This document shows positions 1 to 8,853 of a DNA stretch of 64,000 bases, one piece after another. The translations under genes were made by a program, and so were the position numbers. How positions within the stretch are numbered: the stretch's first letter is position 1; every line of letters starts with the position of its first letter. The notes beneath the pieces were generated by a model that was given only the letters and a program-made list of their open reading frames with translations, had not been told where the DNA came from and ran no database searches. This DNA is from a virus, in the IMG/VR virus record IMGVR_UViG_3300034069_001196, positions 1 through 64,000 of that record, one strand, 5' to 3'.

Positions 1-70
1 CCATCAGCGCGACCTCGCCGGGCGCATAGACGTAGCCGCAGGCGATATGGGTGCCCGAAGTGAAAGCCAT
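1..70 (-). CDS. hypothetical protein, 5' fragment (continues left of window)
   Basis: ATG at 68-70 (minus strand), 8 nt after GGAGA. Reads MAFTSGTHIACGYVYAPGEVALM. Only 23 codons are visible. Confidence 0.35.
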   Translation of the reverse strand, partial: MAFTSGTHIACGYVYAPGEVALM

Positions 71-145
71 CGGTTTTCTCCAATTCGCTCTATTTCGCGC
101 CTGCCGAGCGTGAGCAGTTTTGACGCCTTGGCGCGTCGAGCCGGA

Positions 146-1222
146 TCAGCGATTCACCGCGTAGACGGCCACCGGTATCGAGTAGCTGCCCGCTACGGAC
201 AGGAGCGGCACGTTCATCACCGCCTTGAAGGTGTTGGCTGCGGTCGGCAGCGCATGGTGGATGGCATATCCATTCGGGAAGGTGCTGGGACTGGTCGGAT
301 AGACCTCCAGCAGGTCCGTCGTCAGCACGCCGGTGCAGGTGACGCCCGCGACCGTGCGGACGCCGGCGGCGACGGTGATGAGGTTCGTCTCGCCGATCGT
401 GGCGTTGCAGATGAACTGACTGGCCTTCGGTCCGGCGGGGCCCGTCGCGCCGGTGGCGCCGGCTACCCCCTGCGGTCCGGCAACACCCTGAGCGCCAGCA
501 GGACCGCTAGGGCCAGCAGGGCCAGTTGCCCCAGCAGCACCTGTTGCTCCGGTAGGCCCAGCAGGACCAGCGGCGCCGGTAGCACCAGCGCTGCCAGTGT
601 CACCGCGTAGCCCAGCCGCGCCAGTGTCGCCCTTCGCTCCTGTCGCACCGGTCAATCCTTGGGGGCCTGCGCTTCCCTGAGCGCCTGTATCGCCTTTTGG
701 GCCTGCTGGTCCGCTCGGTCCTGCCGGACCTGCTGCTCCCGTTGCGCCTGTTGCGCCTGTCTGGCCCGTTGGTCCCGCCGGTCCTGCATCGCCCTTGGCT
801 CCTACAGCACCCGGAGCGCCTGCCGGGCCAGCGGCTCCGGTATCCCCCTTCGGACCAGTCGCTCCATTCGCGCCGGCTGATCCCGCAGGGCCCGCTGGAC
901 CGGCGATTCCTTGCGGTCCGGCGGGACCAGCAGGTCCAGCCACACCATCGTTGCCATTACGGCCAGGAGACCCAGCCGGGCCGACAGGTCCAGGGCCACC
1001 GTCTGCGCCGCGAGCGCCTGCTGGCCCAATTGCGCCAGCGGGTCCGGGGATTCCTTGCTGTCCGGCATTGCCCGGCTCTCCCTTGTCACCTTGCGGACCG
1101 GGCGGCCCCGCAGGACCGGCGGGCCCCTGCATGTTCTTGAGGCTGTAGCCAACCGGCCGTGCGTCAGCCGGGATCGGCGCAACAAGCGCGAGGCACAGCG
1201 CGAGATGGAGCACGCGACGCAT
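146..1222 (-). CDS. collagen-like triple-helix repeat protein with N-terminal signal-like peptide and 92-aa C-terminal globular domain
   Basis: 358-aa ORF. N-terminus is [21 protein letters not shown]. It is followed by 78 uninterrupted Gly-X-Y triplets and a non-repetitive C-terminus. Confidence 0.85.
   Translation of the reverse strand: MRRVLHLALCLALVAPIPADARPVGYSLKNMQGPAGPAGPPGPQGDKGEPGNAGQQGIPGPAGAIGPAGARGADGGPGPVGPAGSPGRNGNDGVAGPAGPAGPQGIAGPAGPAGSAGANGATGPKGDTGAAGPAGAPGAVGAKGDAGPAGPTGQTGATGATGAAGPAGPSGPAGPKGDTGAQGSAGPQGLTGATGAKGDTGAAGLRGDTGSAGATGAAGPAGPTGATGAAGATGPAGPSGPAGAQGVAGPQGVAGATGATGPAGPKASQFICNATIGETNLITVAAGVRTVAGVTCTGVLTTDLLEVYPTSPSTFPNGYAIHHALPTAANTFKAVMNVPLLSVAGSYSIPVAVYAVNR
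425..1126 (-). repeat. coding Gly-X-Y (GGN-NNN-NNN) tandem repeat, 78 units
   Basis: Counted directly in the translation ([12 protein letters not shown]...GPAGPK). It creates long shadow ORFs in other frames. Confidence 0.9.
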
Positions 1223-1725
1223 CAGCCGCCCCCGATGCCGTAGTGCATTTCAGGGGTGCAATCGCCGGTCGGCGTGCCGATCGTCATCGCGGAGATATAG
1301 ACGGGCCGGCTGGTCCCCATCGTCGCCTCGGTGCGAGCGAGGTACAGCACGCCCGTGCTCGTGGTGACCTGGTCTGTCGCGTTCATCACGCCGAGCAGCC
1401 GAATGTCCACGTCGCACGGGTTCACGATGCGATAGGTGGTGGCGTTGGCCGGGCGATTGATCGCGAAATTCTTCGGCGTCGGCCCGAGGCCGGAAAGCTG
1501 GATCGGCGCCGAGTGCAGCCGGGTAAATGGCGCACTCATGACGTTCATCGGCGCCAACAGAGAGCCGCACGGGGCGGCCTCGCGGGTGTTCCCGGTAGTG
1601 CAGTAGATGACGGTCCCGACGATGCCGGACCCGTCCGGGGAGTGCCAGGGCTCGTAGGCGGATTGGCCGGCGAGTCCGATCAGCGCGAGGGCGCTGAGCG
1701 CTGCGAGAAGGACAGGCCGGCGCAT
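1222..1725 (-). CDS. hypothetical secreted protein
   Basis: Internal ATG at 1725 gives [27 protein letters not shown] (signal-peptide-like). The stop overlaps the start of the collagen-like gene. The longer upstream extension is Arg-rich and looks like junk. Confidence 0.6.
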   Translation of the reverse strand: MRRPVLLAALSALALIGLAGQSAYEPWHSPDGSGIVGTVIYCTTGNTREAAPCGSLLAPMNVMSAPFTRLHSAPIQLSGLGPTPKNFAINRPANATTYRIVNPCDVDIRLLGVMNATDQVTTSTGVLYLARTEATMGTSRPVYISAMTIGTPTGDCTPEMHYGIGGG

Positions 1726-1729
1726 GGCG

Positions 1730-2020
1730 TTAGCTCCGACGCGGGCGGCCGCGGCGGCGCGGAGTGACCGAGGCCTGCGCGTCGCTGTCATCGTCGGGCT
1801 GCTCGGTCTCGGACTCCTCAGCTTCCGATTCCTCCTCGCCCTCTTCTTCCTCGTCATCCTCCGGCTTCGGAGGCCCGACAATCTTGGCGATGCCGAGCGA
1901 CACGAGTTCCTGCGCGTGGGAACGCGTGGCCTCGTAGGGCTCGCTGGCGGCGTTCTTCGGCTCGGAGCCCTCGTGGTAGGTCGAGATCGGCTGGACGAGC
2001 ACCTTGTCGGCTTTGGCCAT
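1730..2020 (-). CDS. small protein with highly acidic C-terminal half
   Basis: ATG at 2020 gives MAKADKVLVQPISTYHEG... followed by EDDEEEEGEEESEAEESETEQPDDDSD. Sits immediately downstream of the capsid gene. Confidence 0.55.
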   Translation of the reverse strand: MAKADKVLVQPISTYHEGSEPKNAASEPYEATRSHAQELVSLGIAKIVGPPKPEDDEEEEGEEESEAEESETEQPDDDSDAQASVTPRRRGRPRRS

Positions 2021-2097
2021 GGCTGATGACTCCGGCGAAAGGGGACCCACGGCAGGTAGCCGCCGCAGGTCGTTCATGATGATCGTCACGGCTGCGA

Positions 2098-3435
2098 TCA
2101 GACGGTGACGAGGTTGCCCTTCACGAAGGCCTGCGGACGGTAGACCGCCAGGGCCAGCCGCTCCTCAGCGCGGATCGTGATCATGTTCTTCTCGAAGTCG
2201 TCGTTGTTCTCGGTGGAGATCAGCACCTCGATCGACATGCGGTCGAAGATCTGAGCGCCGAGACGGAAGGCGCCGACGAGGAAGTCGTTGGGCGTCATCG
2301 CCAGGGTGGTGGCCACCGGAAGACCCCAGAGCGTCGGGCCGATCTGACCCTGCGGCTGGCCGATAATGTATCTGCCTTGGGTGTCTTTGGTGAGCTCGAT
2401 ACGGGCCCAATCAGTATCGTTCAGCGCGATGCCGGAGGCCGGGTAGAGCGCCAGGGTCGCCTGGAGGATGGCGAGGCGGAGGCGGTCGATCGGGGTCTCG
2501 GTCGAGACCGTGAACGGCGCGGTGTAGGGGCTGGCCTGCGGCATCACACCGAAGATGTTGCCGCTGGCGCCGTTGCCGTAGAGAAGCTGCGCCTCTTCGG
2601 CGAACAGCAGGCCGTACCGGGCCCGGCCGTCGATGTAGGAGACGAGGCCGACCGCGTCGTCGAGAAGCTGGCGAGAGCCCTTGAACAGGTGCGCGATGGT
2701 CTTCACCGGCACGTTGCGCATGTCGAACGTCAGGCTCGACTCGGGCTTCTTGGCGCCCTCGGCGACGATCGCCGCGGCGTTGGTGAAGCCGGTCTCGACC
2801 GGGTACTCGATGGAATTCGAGTTGGTCTGGCCGGGCGTGAACAGGTCACGGATGCGGAGCTTGCGATCCGGCAGGTTCACGATGCCTTGGCGGTCGGAGG
2901 CGATGAGCGAGTTGCTCAGCGAGGTGGTCGAGCCGGTGACACCCGGCACGGTCAGCATCGCCTTGGTCTCGACCGAGGTCCGCACGTTGCCGCGAAACTG
3001 GCTGCCGAGCTCCTTCACGCCCCTGAAGCTCTCGCTGTCGACGAGGTGCTGGCCGAGGGTCTTCACCTCGACCGGATCGCCGCCGCCGCGACGGGCCGAC
3101 TTCTGCTCGACCTCGGCGATCCGAGCGTCGAATGCAGTGATCTGCTTTCCAAAATCGACGAGGGCGGTATCGACCGCCGACTTGGTCTCACCGGCCATCG
3201 TGCCGGTCGACTTCATCTCCTTCTCGACCTTCTCGGCCAGCCGGGAGACCTCCTCGAACTTGCCCTTGAGGGCGTCGGTCGCGGCCTTGAATTCAGCCTC
3301 GCCGACGCCGCCATTCTGGCCGGTCGCGGCGCCGCCGCCGGTATCCGGCGCGAGGGCGACGCGAATTCCACCGATCGAGCACGACGCGAGGAAGGCAGCC
3401 GGGATCGCCCCGGCGATGAAAATCACCTTGGACAC
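2098..3435 (-). CDS. major capsid protein, HK97 fold family, with lipoprotein-signal-like N-terminus
   Basis: Coiled delta-like N-region (AEFKAATDALKGKFEEVSRLAEKVEKEMK) plus typical capsid core (IEYPVETGFTNAAAIVAEGAKKPES, LLYGNGASGNIFG). A GTG at 3435 lies 6 nt after GGAGA. No other plausible start exists before the conserved region. Confidence 0.88.
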   Translation of the reverse strand: MSKVIFIAGAIPAAFLASCSIGGIRVALAPDTGGGAATGQNGGVGEAEFKAATDALKGKFEEVSRLAEKVEKEMKSTGTMAGETKSAVDTALVDFGKQITAFDARIAEVEQKSARRGGGDPVEVKTLGQHLVDSESFRGVKELGSQFRGNVRTSVETKAMLTVPGVTGSTTSLSNSLIASDRQGIVNLPDRKLRIRDLFTPGQTNSNSIEYPVETGFTNAAAIVAEGAKKPESSLTFDMRNVPVKTIAHLFKGSRQLLDDAVGLVSYIDGRARYGLLFAEEAQLLYGNGASGNIFGVMPQASPYTAPFTVSTETPIDRLRLAILQATLALYPASGIALNDTDWARIELTKDTQGRYIIGQPQGQIGPTLWGLPVATTLAMTPNDFLVGAFRLGAQIFDRMSIEVLISTENNDDFEKNMITIRAEERLALAVYRPQAFVKGNLVTV

Positions 3436-3463
3436 AGGATTTCTCCAATACTTGAGGATTAAA

Positions 3464-4822
3464 TCAGCCGAACAACGACATGAATTCGTTGAATGCGGCC
3501 TTGCTTTCGGAGGGGCTCGCCTGACCGCCCTCATCGTCACGATGAGCTAGCAGTGTCGGAAAGACCGTCGCGGCGAAACGAGCGGCCTGCGATCGTGTGA
3601 AGCCCGCGTCGCGCAGGGCATCTTCACACTCACGTCGGTTAGTCGGCGCCGATTTGGTGCCGCCCTCTAGGAGAGGTCCGCCCACAGCGTCCTGCAAATC
3701 CTGGAGGTGAGAGAGGAATTCCGCGCGGTCTGCCGCCGTCGGCGAAGCCTGACCGGTCATCGCGCGGGTGTGCAGCGCCATCAGCGCGGCGATGCCGGAG
3801 CGGGCCCGGTCACTATCGACGACGCTCAACTGCGCCTTTACCTGGAGCACGAGGCTTTGCGCATTCGACGGGGTGTCGACGACGCTGATCTCCTCCAGAG
3901 CGATGTCCTTGAGCACGCGGCGGGCGCCGGTGGCGATGGCGGCGGCCTTCGTGCCGAACTCGGCACCGTTGGGCCGGACGCGATAGCCGACCGAGAGGCC
4001 GGACAGGGCACCGTCGCGAATGCCGGAATAGATGTAGCGGCCGGTCTCCGTATCCATGCCGGCGACCCTGCCCTTGACGTGCAGGCCCTTGCTGTCCTCC
4101 TCGACCACCTGCCAAGAGCCGACACCGCGACGGCCGCCGAGTGCCGGGAGGCCGTGGTTGAGGTGCATCGCGATGCGCCGGCCGGACGTCTTCACCTCCG
4201 CAAGGCCGGGCGTGAACGCGCCTGGCACGATGACATCGCCATGCCAGTCGACGTTGCCGAACACGGCGCCGTAGCCCTCGAATTCACCTGAATCGGCGTT
4301 GCCGGCGGCCTTCGCCTCGAAAGGCGCGACGTAGATGTCCGTCATGATTCTTGATCCCAACCTCGGTCTGCTCGACTTTTCCTCGACGTTGCTCGCCCAA
4401 TCGGGGTCGATCTCAACGAAGATCTCAGGGCCGAACATCAGCGGGCCGGGGAACGGCTCGATCTGGTCGAGATCGACGTCGCCGGGCTCGTATGTGAACG
4501 TGACGTGCGGCTGATAGGTCGGGAAATCGAATGAGGCGCCAGCGTCTCTCAGGAACCGCCACCGGGCCTGCAATTCGTCACTCGCGAAGGTCAGCACAGT
4601 TGCCTTGCCGAACGCCTTGACCGCTCGGCCGCCGCTCAGAGCCATGAGACCCTTCTCATCCGGGCGAATGCCGCTCCAGTCGAAAGGCTCATTGCTGTAG
4701 GCGACCGTCACATGCAGATCGGCCGGCAGCATCACCGTCGCGAACCCCTGCCCTTTCGCCCACGCGATCAGGTCGTTCGCGTTGAGCAGCGGGCGATTCA
4801 CGTAGAGCGTGCGGGCGGCCAT
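3464..4822 (-). CDS. 2H-phosphoesterase-like domain fused to HK97-type prohead protease and a scaffold-like C-terminus
   Basis: aa 1-150 carry two HxTx motifs: LHVTVAY (H37) and PHVTFTY (H106). From about aa 160 on: MTDIYVAPFEAKAAGNADSGEFEGYGAVFGNVDWHGDVIVPGAF (prohead-protease-like). The position between portal and capsid fits. Confidence 0.85.
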   Translation of the reverse strand: MAARTLYVNRPLLNANDLIAWAKGQGFATVMLPADLHVTVAYSNEPFDWSGIRPDEKGLMALSGGRAVKAFGKATVLTFASDELQARWRFLRDAGASFDFPTYQPHVTFTYEPGDVDLDQIEPFPGPLMFGPEIFVEIDPDWASNVEEKSSRPRLGSRIMTDIYVAPFEAKAAGNADSGEFEGYGAVFGNVDWHGDVIVPGAFTPGLAEVKTSGRRIAMHLNHGLPALGGRRGVGSWQVVEEDSKGLHVKGRVAGMDTETGRYIYSGIRDGALSGLSVGYRVRPNGAEFGTKAAAIATGARRVLKDIALEEISVVDTPSNAQSLVLQVKAQLSVVDSDRARSGIAALMALHTRAMTGQASPTAADRAEFLSHLQDLQDAVGGPLLEGGTKSAPTNRRECEDALRDAGFTRSQAARFAATVFPTLLAHRDDEGGQASPSESKAAFNEFMSLFG

Positions 4823-4832
4823 CGGATGCGCC

Positions 4833-5093
4833 TTAGGCAGTGATGTGGCGGACGGCGCGCATGACGGCGTCTTCCATGTGCGTGTTGGCCAGCGCCAAGT
4901 CGCGGCCTGCGAAAACCGCGGCGCCGGGCTTGGTCCCGCCGATTTCGTGCAGCAGCGCGATGAAGGCGGCGCCAGCGTCTTTCACGCGGACCATCTGCTC
5001 CTTCTCGATGTCGCTGAGCGTGCGATAGGTGTGCCGCACGGCATTGTTCTGTGTCCGCTCGTCGGCGGCGCTATCGAGGCGCGTCGTGGTCAT
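4833..5093 (-). CDS. small helical phage protein, function unknown
   Basis: 86-aa ORF between portal and protease. The C-terminal pattern RDLALANTHMEDAVMRAVRHI resembles a common small phage protein family, not identified with certainty. Confidence 0.55.
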   Translation of the reverse strand: MTTTRLDSAADERTQNNAVRHTYRTLSDIEKEQMVRVKDAGAAFIALLHEIGGTKPGAAVFAGRDLALANTHMEDAVMRAVRHITA

Positions 5094-5102
5094 AATCGGT
5101 CC

Positions 5103-5306
5103 TCAGGGATGGAGGCCGACCGGCACGTAGACCGGTCCGACCAAGGTGTAGAAGGCGACGCCGGGCTTCCAGGTCTCCTCCTCGTCGACCCAGCGGGATC
5201 GAGCAGGCTCCCAGACGTAACCGGGCCGGATTCCCAGCATCACGGTGCTTTGGCCGGACGCAGGCGCGACGAGGCGGGCCGCACGGCGCAGCCATTCCCA
5301 GAACAT
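5103..5306 (-). CDS. hypothetical small protein
   Basis: 67-aa ORF. Third-codon positions are mostly G/C by eye. Tightly packed after the portal gene. Confidence 0.55.
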   Translation of the reverse strand: MFWEWLRRAARLVAPASGQSTVMLGIRPGYVWEPARSRWVDEEETWKPGVAFYTLVGPVYVPVGLHP

Positions 5307-5321
5307 GACGATGCTCCCGTG

Positions 5322-6653
5322 TTACGTGGCTGCGCCCGTGGCGGTCTGATCGCCCACGGCAGCGGCATCGCGCGAGACGCCCGGCTCGCCCTTCGGCAGG
5401 TTGCCAGCGGCGGCGATGGCCTTCTGGATCTCCTTGGCGACCTTCGCCTGCTGCACCAGCACGTCGAGCGGCATCATCGCGCCCTGGACGAGGAGGTTAT
5501 CGCCACCTGGCTTCGGCGGCAGGTTCTCCAGCGCCCGGATCTCGTTCGGCGTCATGAAGCCGCTTTGGCCCATGGTCCGGTAATACTCGGCGCGCCCCTT
5601 GCTGTCGGCGCGGAGCAGGCCCTCGACGTTGAACTCGGCGTAGAAGCGCGTCTGATCGCCCGGCGTCAGGCACTTCATGCTGAGTGCCTGCTCGATCTCC
5701 TTCAGGTGCGCTCGCAACGTGTACGTCAGGAAGCCGAGGTTGATCTGCTCCAGCCCGGTGCCCCAAGTGGTGCTCTTTTCGGTATGGCCGATGAGCGAAG
5801 GCGGCACGCCGAACCACCGGCAGATCGTCTCGACGTTGAAGCTGCGCGTCTCCAGAAACTGCGCGTCATCCGGCGCGATCGACAGGGGAGCGAACTCCCA
5901 CCCGCCCTCGAACATCGGGATCTTCCCGGCATTCTCGCCTCCGGTGAAGCCTTGGAGGTATTCGCGCGTCTGCTGGCGCTGCGGGGCCGACAGGAACTGC
6001 GGAATCTTCAGGTAGCCGGACGGCTTCATGCCGTTTTTGAACATGGTGCCGGCGACGCGCTCGGCGCTGAGGGCGGTGCCGAGGCTCTGGCGCCCGGCGG
6101 CGATGGCCGAGATGCCGCTATAGCCGTCGAGGCTGAAACCCTTCAGGTGGAGGATGTCCTCCTCCTGATAGACCGTGGTGAGGCCCTCGAACACATAGGT
6201 GTAGGTCCGGCTGCCATCCCGTTGGCGGTCGATCCGCACCCGGTCACTCGGCAGAGGGTCGAGCGAGATCACCGAATTGTCGGTGCGCCGCTTCGTGATG
6301 GCGGCATAGGCGTTGCCCCGTGCCAGCTTGTTGGCGACCATCGCCGTCCAGAAATCGACCGCCGTCATGTCGGCATTGGGCCGGTCATGGATCACGCGAT
6401 AGAGCGGGTGCTCCGTCGCCACGATGGCTTGGCCAGCGCCGGAACCGCGCTCGTAGAGCATGACGGGCAGCGTCGAGATGGTCTGCGCGACGAGGCGGAT
6501 GCAGGCGAACACGGCATCCAGTTGCAGAACCGTCTCGACCGACACCCGCTCGCCGGAATGCGTCTGGCCACCGGTCGCCCAATCGAGCAGAATCGGATTG
6601 GTGAGGCCCATCCCTGTCGCCAGGGTGCCGACCGACTTCTTGAACAAGCCCAT
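5322..6653 (-). CDS. phage portal protein (HK97 family-like)
   Basis: 443 aa, positioned after the large terminase. Typical portal blocks (FWTAMVANKLARGNAYA, FNVETICRWFGVPPSLIGH). Confidence 0.88.
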   Translation of the reverse strand: MGLFKKSVGTLATGMGLTNPILLDWATGGQTHSGERVSVETVLQLDAVFACIRLVAQTISTLPVMLYERGSGAGQAIVATEHPLYRVIHDRPNADMTAVDFWTAMVANKLARGNAYAAITKRRTDNSVISLDPLPSDRVRIDRQRDGSRTYTYVFEGLTTVYQEEDILHLKGFSLDGYSGISAIAAGRQSLGTALSAERVAGTMFKNGMKPSGYLKIPQFLSAPQRQQTREYLQGFTGGENAGKIPMFEGGWEFAPLSIAPDDAQFLETRSFNVETICRWFGVPPSLIGHTEKSTTWGTGLEQINLGFLTYTLRAHLKEIEQALSMKCLTPGDQTRFYAEFNVEGLLRADSKGRAEYYRTMGQSGFMTPNEIRALENLPPKPGGDNLLVQGAMMPLDVLVQQAKVAKEIQKAIAAAGNLPKGEPGVSRDAAAVGDQTATGAAT

Positions 6654-6661
6654 CGCAGTCC

Positions 6662-8353
6662 TCAGGCGTACAGGGGCGCTTCGAGGAAGGCGTCGAGCGT
6701 GCCCTCGAACTGCAGGGGCTCCGGGTTCCGGACCATCAGGAACACGGCATTGAACAGGGCCATCGCGACGTCGATCTTGGCGTCACCGGCATTCTGTTTC
6801 GTGGCTCTGACCGCGGTCGCGGTCGGCTCGATCTTGAGGTTGCCGACGCACCAGCCCGCCAGGGCCGATCCGCAATGTACCATCTGCCGGCTGACCAGCT
6901 TCCGCTCGGCGGTCTTGATCGCGTTCATCAGGCCGAACCCCTGATTGACGCCGACCAGACCCTTCTCCGCAGTGACGCCGATGCCATCGAGCGCCTCGAC
7001 CAGGGCGCCGATGCCGGCCGGATCGACGCCGACCCCGCCAAGGAGGCCGCGGTCCTTGATCCGCTCGACGATGGCGACGATCTCCTCAATGTCCTGCAGA
7101 TCATCATCGACCAGCGTGACCTCGTCGGCCTCAGCGAAGCCGCGCAGCACCGATTCGATCGACTTGCGACGCTCCAGCAGGATGGGATGGGCCCACCCGT
7201 GCGCCCAACCGAGCCACCGGCCCCCTCCCCGCTCCCGACCGAGCACGTAGAGGCCGAACAAGTCGTCAAGGCCACCGCCATCGACGCCAACCACAGCCAC
7301 CTCACACCGGTCGAGCAGGGCTTCGAGATCCTCGATCTCCTCGTCCGCTTGCCGGTCCCAATAGGCGGCACCTGGCCAACCGTCCGTCTTCTGCCCGACA
7401 CCGATTTCGATATTCAGGTGCTGCGACGCCCAGACCGAGATGGCGTGCGGACCCTTCCGGTTCTCCTGCGTCCAGTCCTGCACGAGGCTGTCGAGTTGCA
7501 GCGAGCGCCCGAGGTTCGGCATCACCATCGGCCACACCGCCGGATCCTGCCAGCGCTCGGGCTTCTTCGCGATGTCCTCCGGCAACTCGTACAGGATCGG
7601 CAGCATGCGACCCTCGAACTTCCCGTCGCGGATCCCGCGCGCCAGGGTTAGCTCGTCCTTGAACGCGCCGGCCGGGCGATCATCGCTCTGCGTTGTGATG
7701 ATGAGGAGGAAGCCCTCCGTCATCTTCTCCAGCCCCCCTCGGATCTGGCGCATCACCTTAGTCGTGTGCGCGCTCTTGCCGAGCAGGTGAAGCTCGTCGA
7801 CCAGAACGCCGGTCGGCTTCGGGCCGGTGAGAGCGTCGAGGCCGAACGTCTTGATCTGAAGCTCTGCCTTCGTCAGCCGATCCTTGATCACCTTGATGTG
7901 GTCACGGATGTGGAATCGCTTCGACAGTTCCTCGTCGTCTTCGATCATGCCCTTCGCCGCATCGAATGCGAGGGCTGACGTGTCCTGCGTCGGAGCAACC
8001 AGCAGGAAGCGAGCGCTCGGCCGCTTGTTCATCAGCAGCGCAGTCATCATCAGCCCGGCGCCGTATGTCGTCTTGCTGTTCCCCTTCCCGACCAGGGCGA
8101 AGATCTCGCGGATGTGCCGGATGTTGGTCGCCGGATCGCGCGAGCCGAACAGGGCGCGGACGATGTCGCGGAACCAGTCGCCGGCCGCATCTTCAAGGAG
8201 CGGCTTGCCCGGCACGTCAGGCAGGTGCAGCGCGTTGAAGAACTCGACCGCCGCGGAAGCCTCGCTCTCGAACAGGGGCAGGTCCGGCACGAGGCTGCGC
8301 CCTTCGCGCAACCGCTCGCGCCAGTCCGGGCAGGCCAAATTCCAGGTGGTCAC
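6662..8353 (-). CDS. terL: terminase large subunit
   Basis: 563 aa. Walker-A-like GKGNSKT, LLVAPTQDTS, nuclease-like C-terminal half. Lies between the small terminase and the portal. Confidence 0.88.
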   Translation of the reverse strand: MTTWNLACPDWRERLREGRSLVPDLPLFESEASAAVEFFNALHLPDVPGKPLLEDAAGDWFRDIVRALFGSRDPATNIRHIREIFALVGKGNSKTTYGAGLMMTALLMNKRPSARFLLVAPTQDTSALAFDAAKGMIEDDEELSKRFHIRDHIKVIKDRLTKAELQIKTFGLDALTGPKPTGVLVDELHLLGKSAHTTKVMRQIRGGLEKMTEGFLLIITTQSDDRPAGAFKDELTLARGIRDGKFEGRMLPILYELPEDIAKKPERWQDPAVWPMVMPNLGRSLQLDSLVQDWTQENRKGPHAISVWASQHLNIEIGVGQKTDGWPGAAYWDRQADEEIEDLEALLDRCEVAVVGVDGGGLDDLFGLYVLGRERGGGRWLGWAHGWAHPILLERRKSIESVLRGFAEADEVTLVDDDLQDIEEIVAIVERIKDRGLLGGVGVDPAGIGALVEALDGIGVTAEKGLVGVNQGFGLMNAIKTAERKLVSRQMVHCGSALAGWCVGNLKIEPTATAVRATKQNAGDAKIDVAMALFNAVFLMVRNPEPLQFEGTLDAFLEAPLYA

Positions 8354-8853
8354 TGGACCGTCTTCGTGCCCTGAGCACGGCGGGCCATCAACGCGCCCAT
8401 CTTCGTGCTCTTGTCAGGGTTCTGAGCAGCCAGGGCCTGCTGCTCCTTCTTCCCGAGCTTCGGCGCTTTCTCCTCAATCGGCTCCTCAGGCTTGGCCTGC
8501 GGAAGCTCGTAGGGCTTGTCCTCCTCGGGCAGCGCGGTGATCTCCATCGCCAGTTTCAGCATCGAGGCATTGCCGTCGAGCGCCTTCTCGAACATCACCG
8601 CGAGGAGCGCCGAGCGCAGCTTCAGGCGACCGTCGGCGATCTCGTTGGCATACCGATCGCGGAACACGGGCTGGCCGATGCCGAGCAGCTTGCCGATGTT
8701 CTCGTGGCTCTCGCCGGCGGCCACCAAACGCTCGACCATCGCGCGCTGCTCGGCGGCCGGCACATACCGGGGGCGGCCACGCGGGGCTTTCGCCACCGGC
8801 TTCGGCGCCGGGGGGCGGCCGCGGCGTCGCTTTGGCTGCACAGAATCGGTCAT
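8350..8853 (-). CDS. terS: terminase small subunit-like DNA-binding protein
   Basis: 167 aa with a basic N-terminus (KRRRGRPPAPKP). HTH-like segment. The stop overlaps the terL start. Confidence 0.65.
   Translation of the reverse strand: MTDSVQPKRRRGRPPAPKPVAKAPRGRPRYVPAAEQRAMVERLVAAGESHENIGKLLGIGQPVFRDRYANEIADGRLKLRSALLAVMFEKALDGNASMLKLAMEITALPEEDKPYELPQAKPEEPIEEKAPKLGKKEQQALAAQNPDKSTKMGALMARRAQGTKTVQ

Noticed and set aside
425-1126. Highly periodic repeat that could be mistaken for a CRISPR or tandem non-coding array.
   Set aside because: The period is 9 nt or less, there is no spacer-repeat structure, and it translates cleanly as 78 Gly-X-Y triplets inside a complete ORF.
2098-4822. Encapsulin-type nanocompartment (HK97-fold shell plus cargo enzyme) instead of a phage head.
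   Set aside because: The genes are embedded between portal and terminase on one side and a full tail module on the other. The shell gene has a protease partner and a delta-like domain typical of phage capsids.
4809-6944. 711-aa plus-strand ORF spanning the portal region. Similar long antisense ORFs occur elsewhere: 31217-32857 (minus), 48817-50415 (plus), 53526-54587 (plus), 56845-58251 (plus), 59518-60759 (plus), 30318-31064 (minus).
   Set aside because: These are shadow ORFs opposite well-supported genes (portal, RecT, tail fibre, host-specificity protein, tape measure). Their products are Arg/Gly/Leu/Asp-rich low-complexity strings typical of antisense frames in high-GC DNA.
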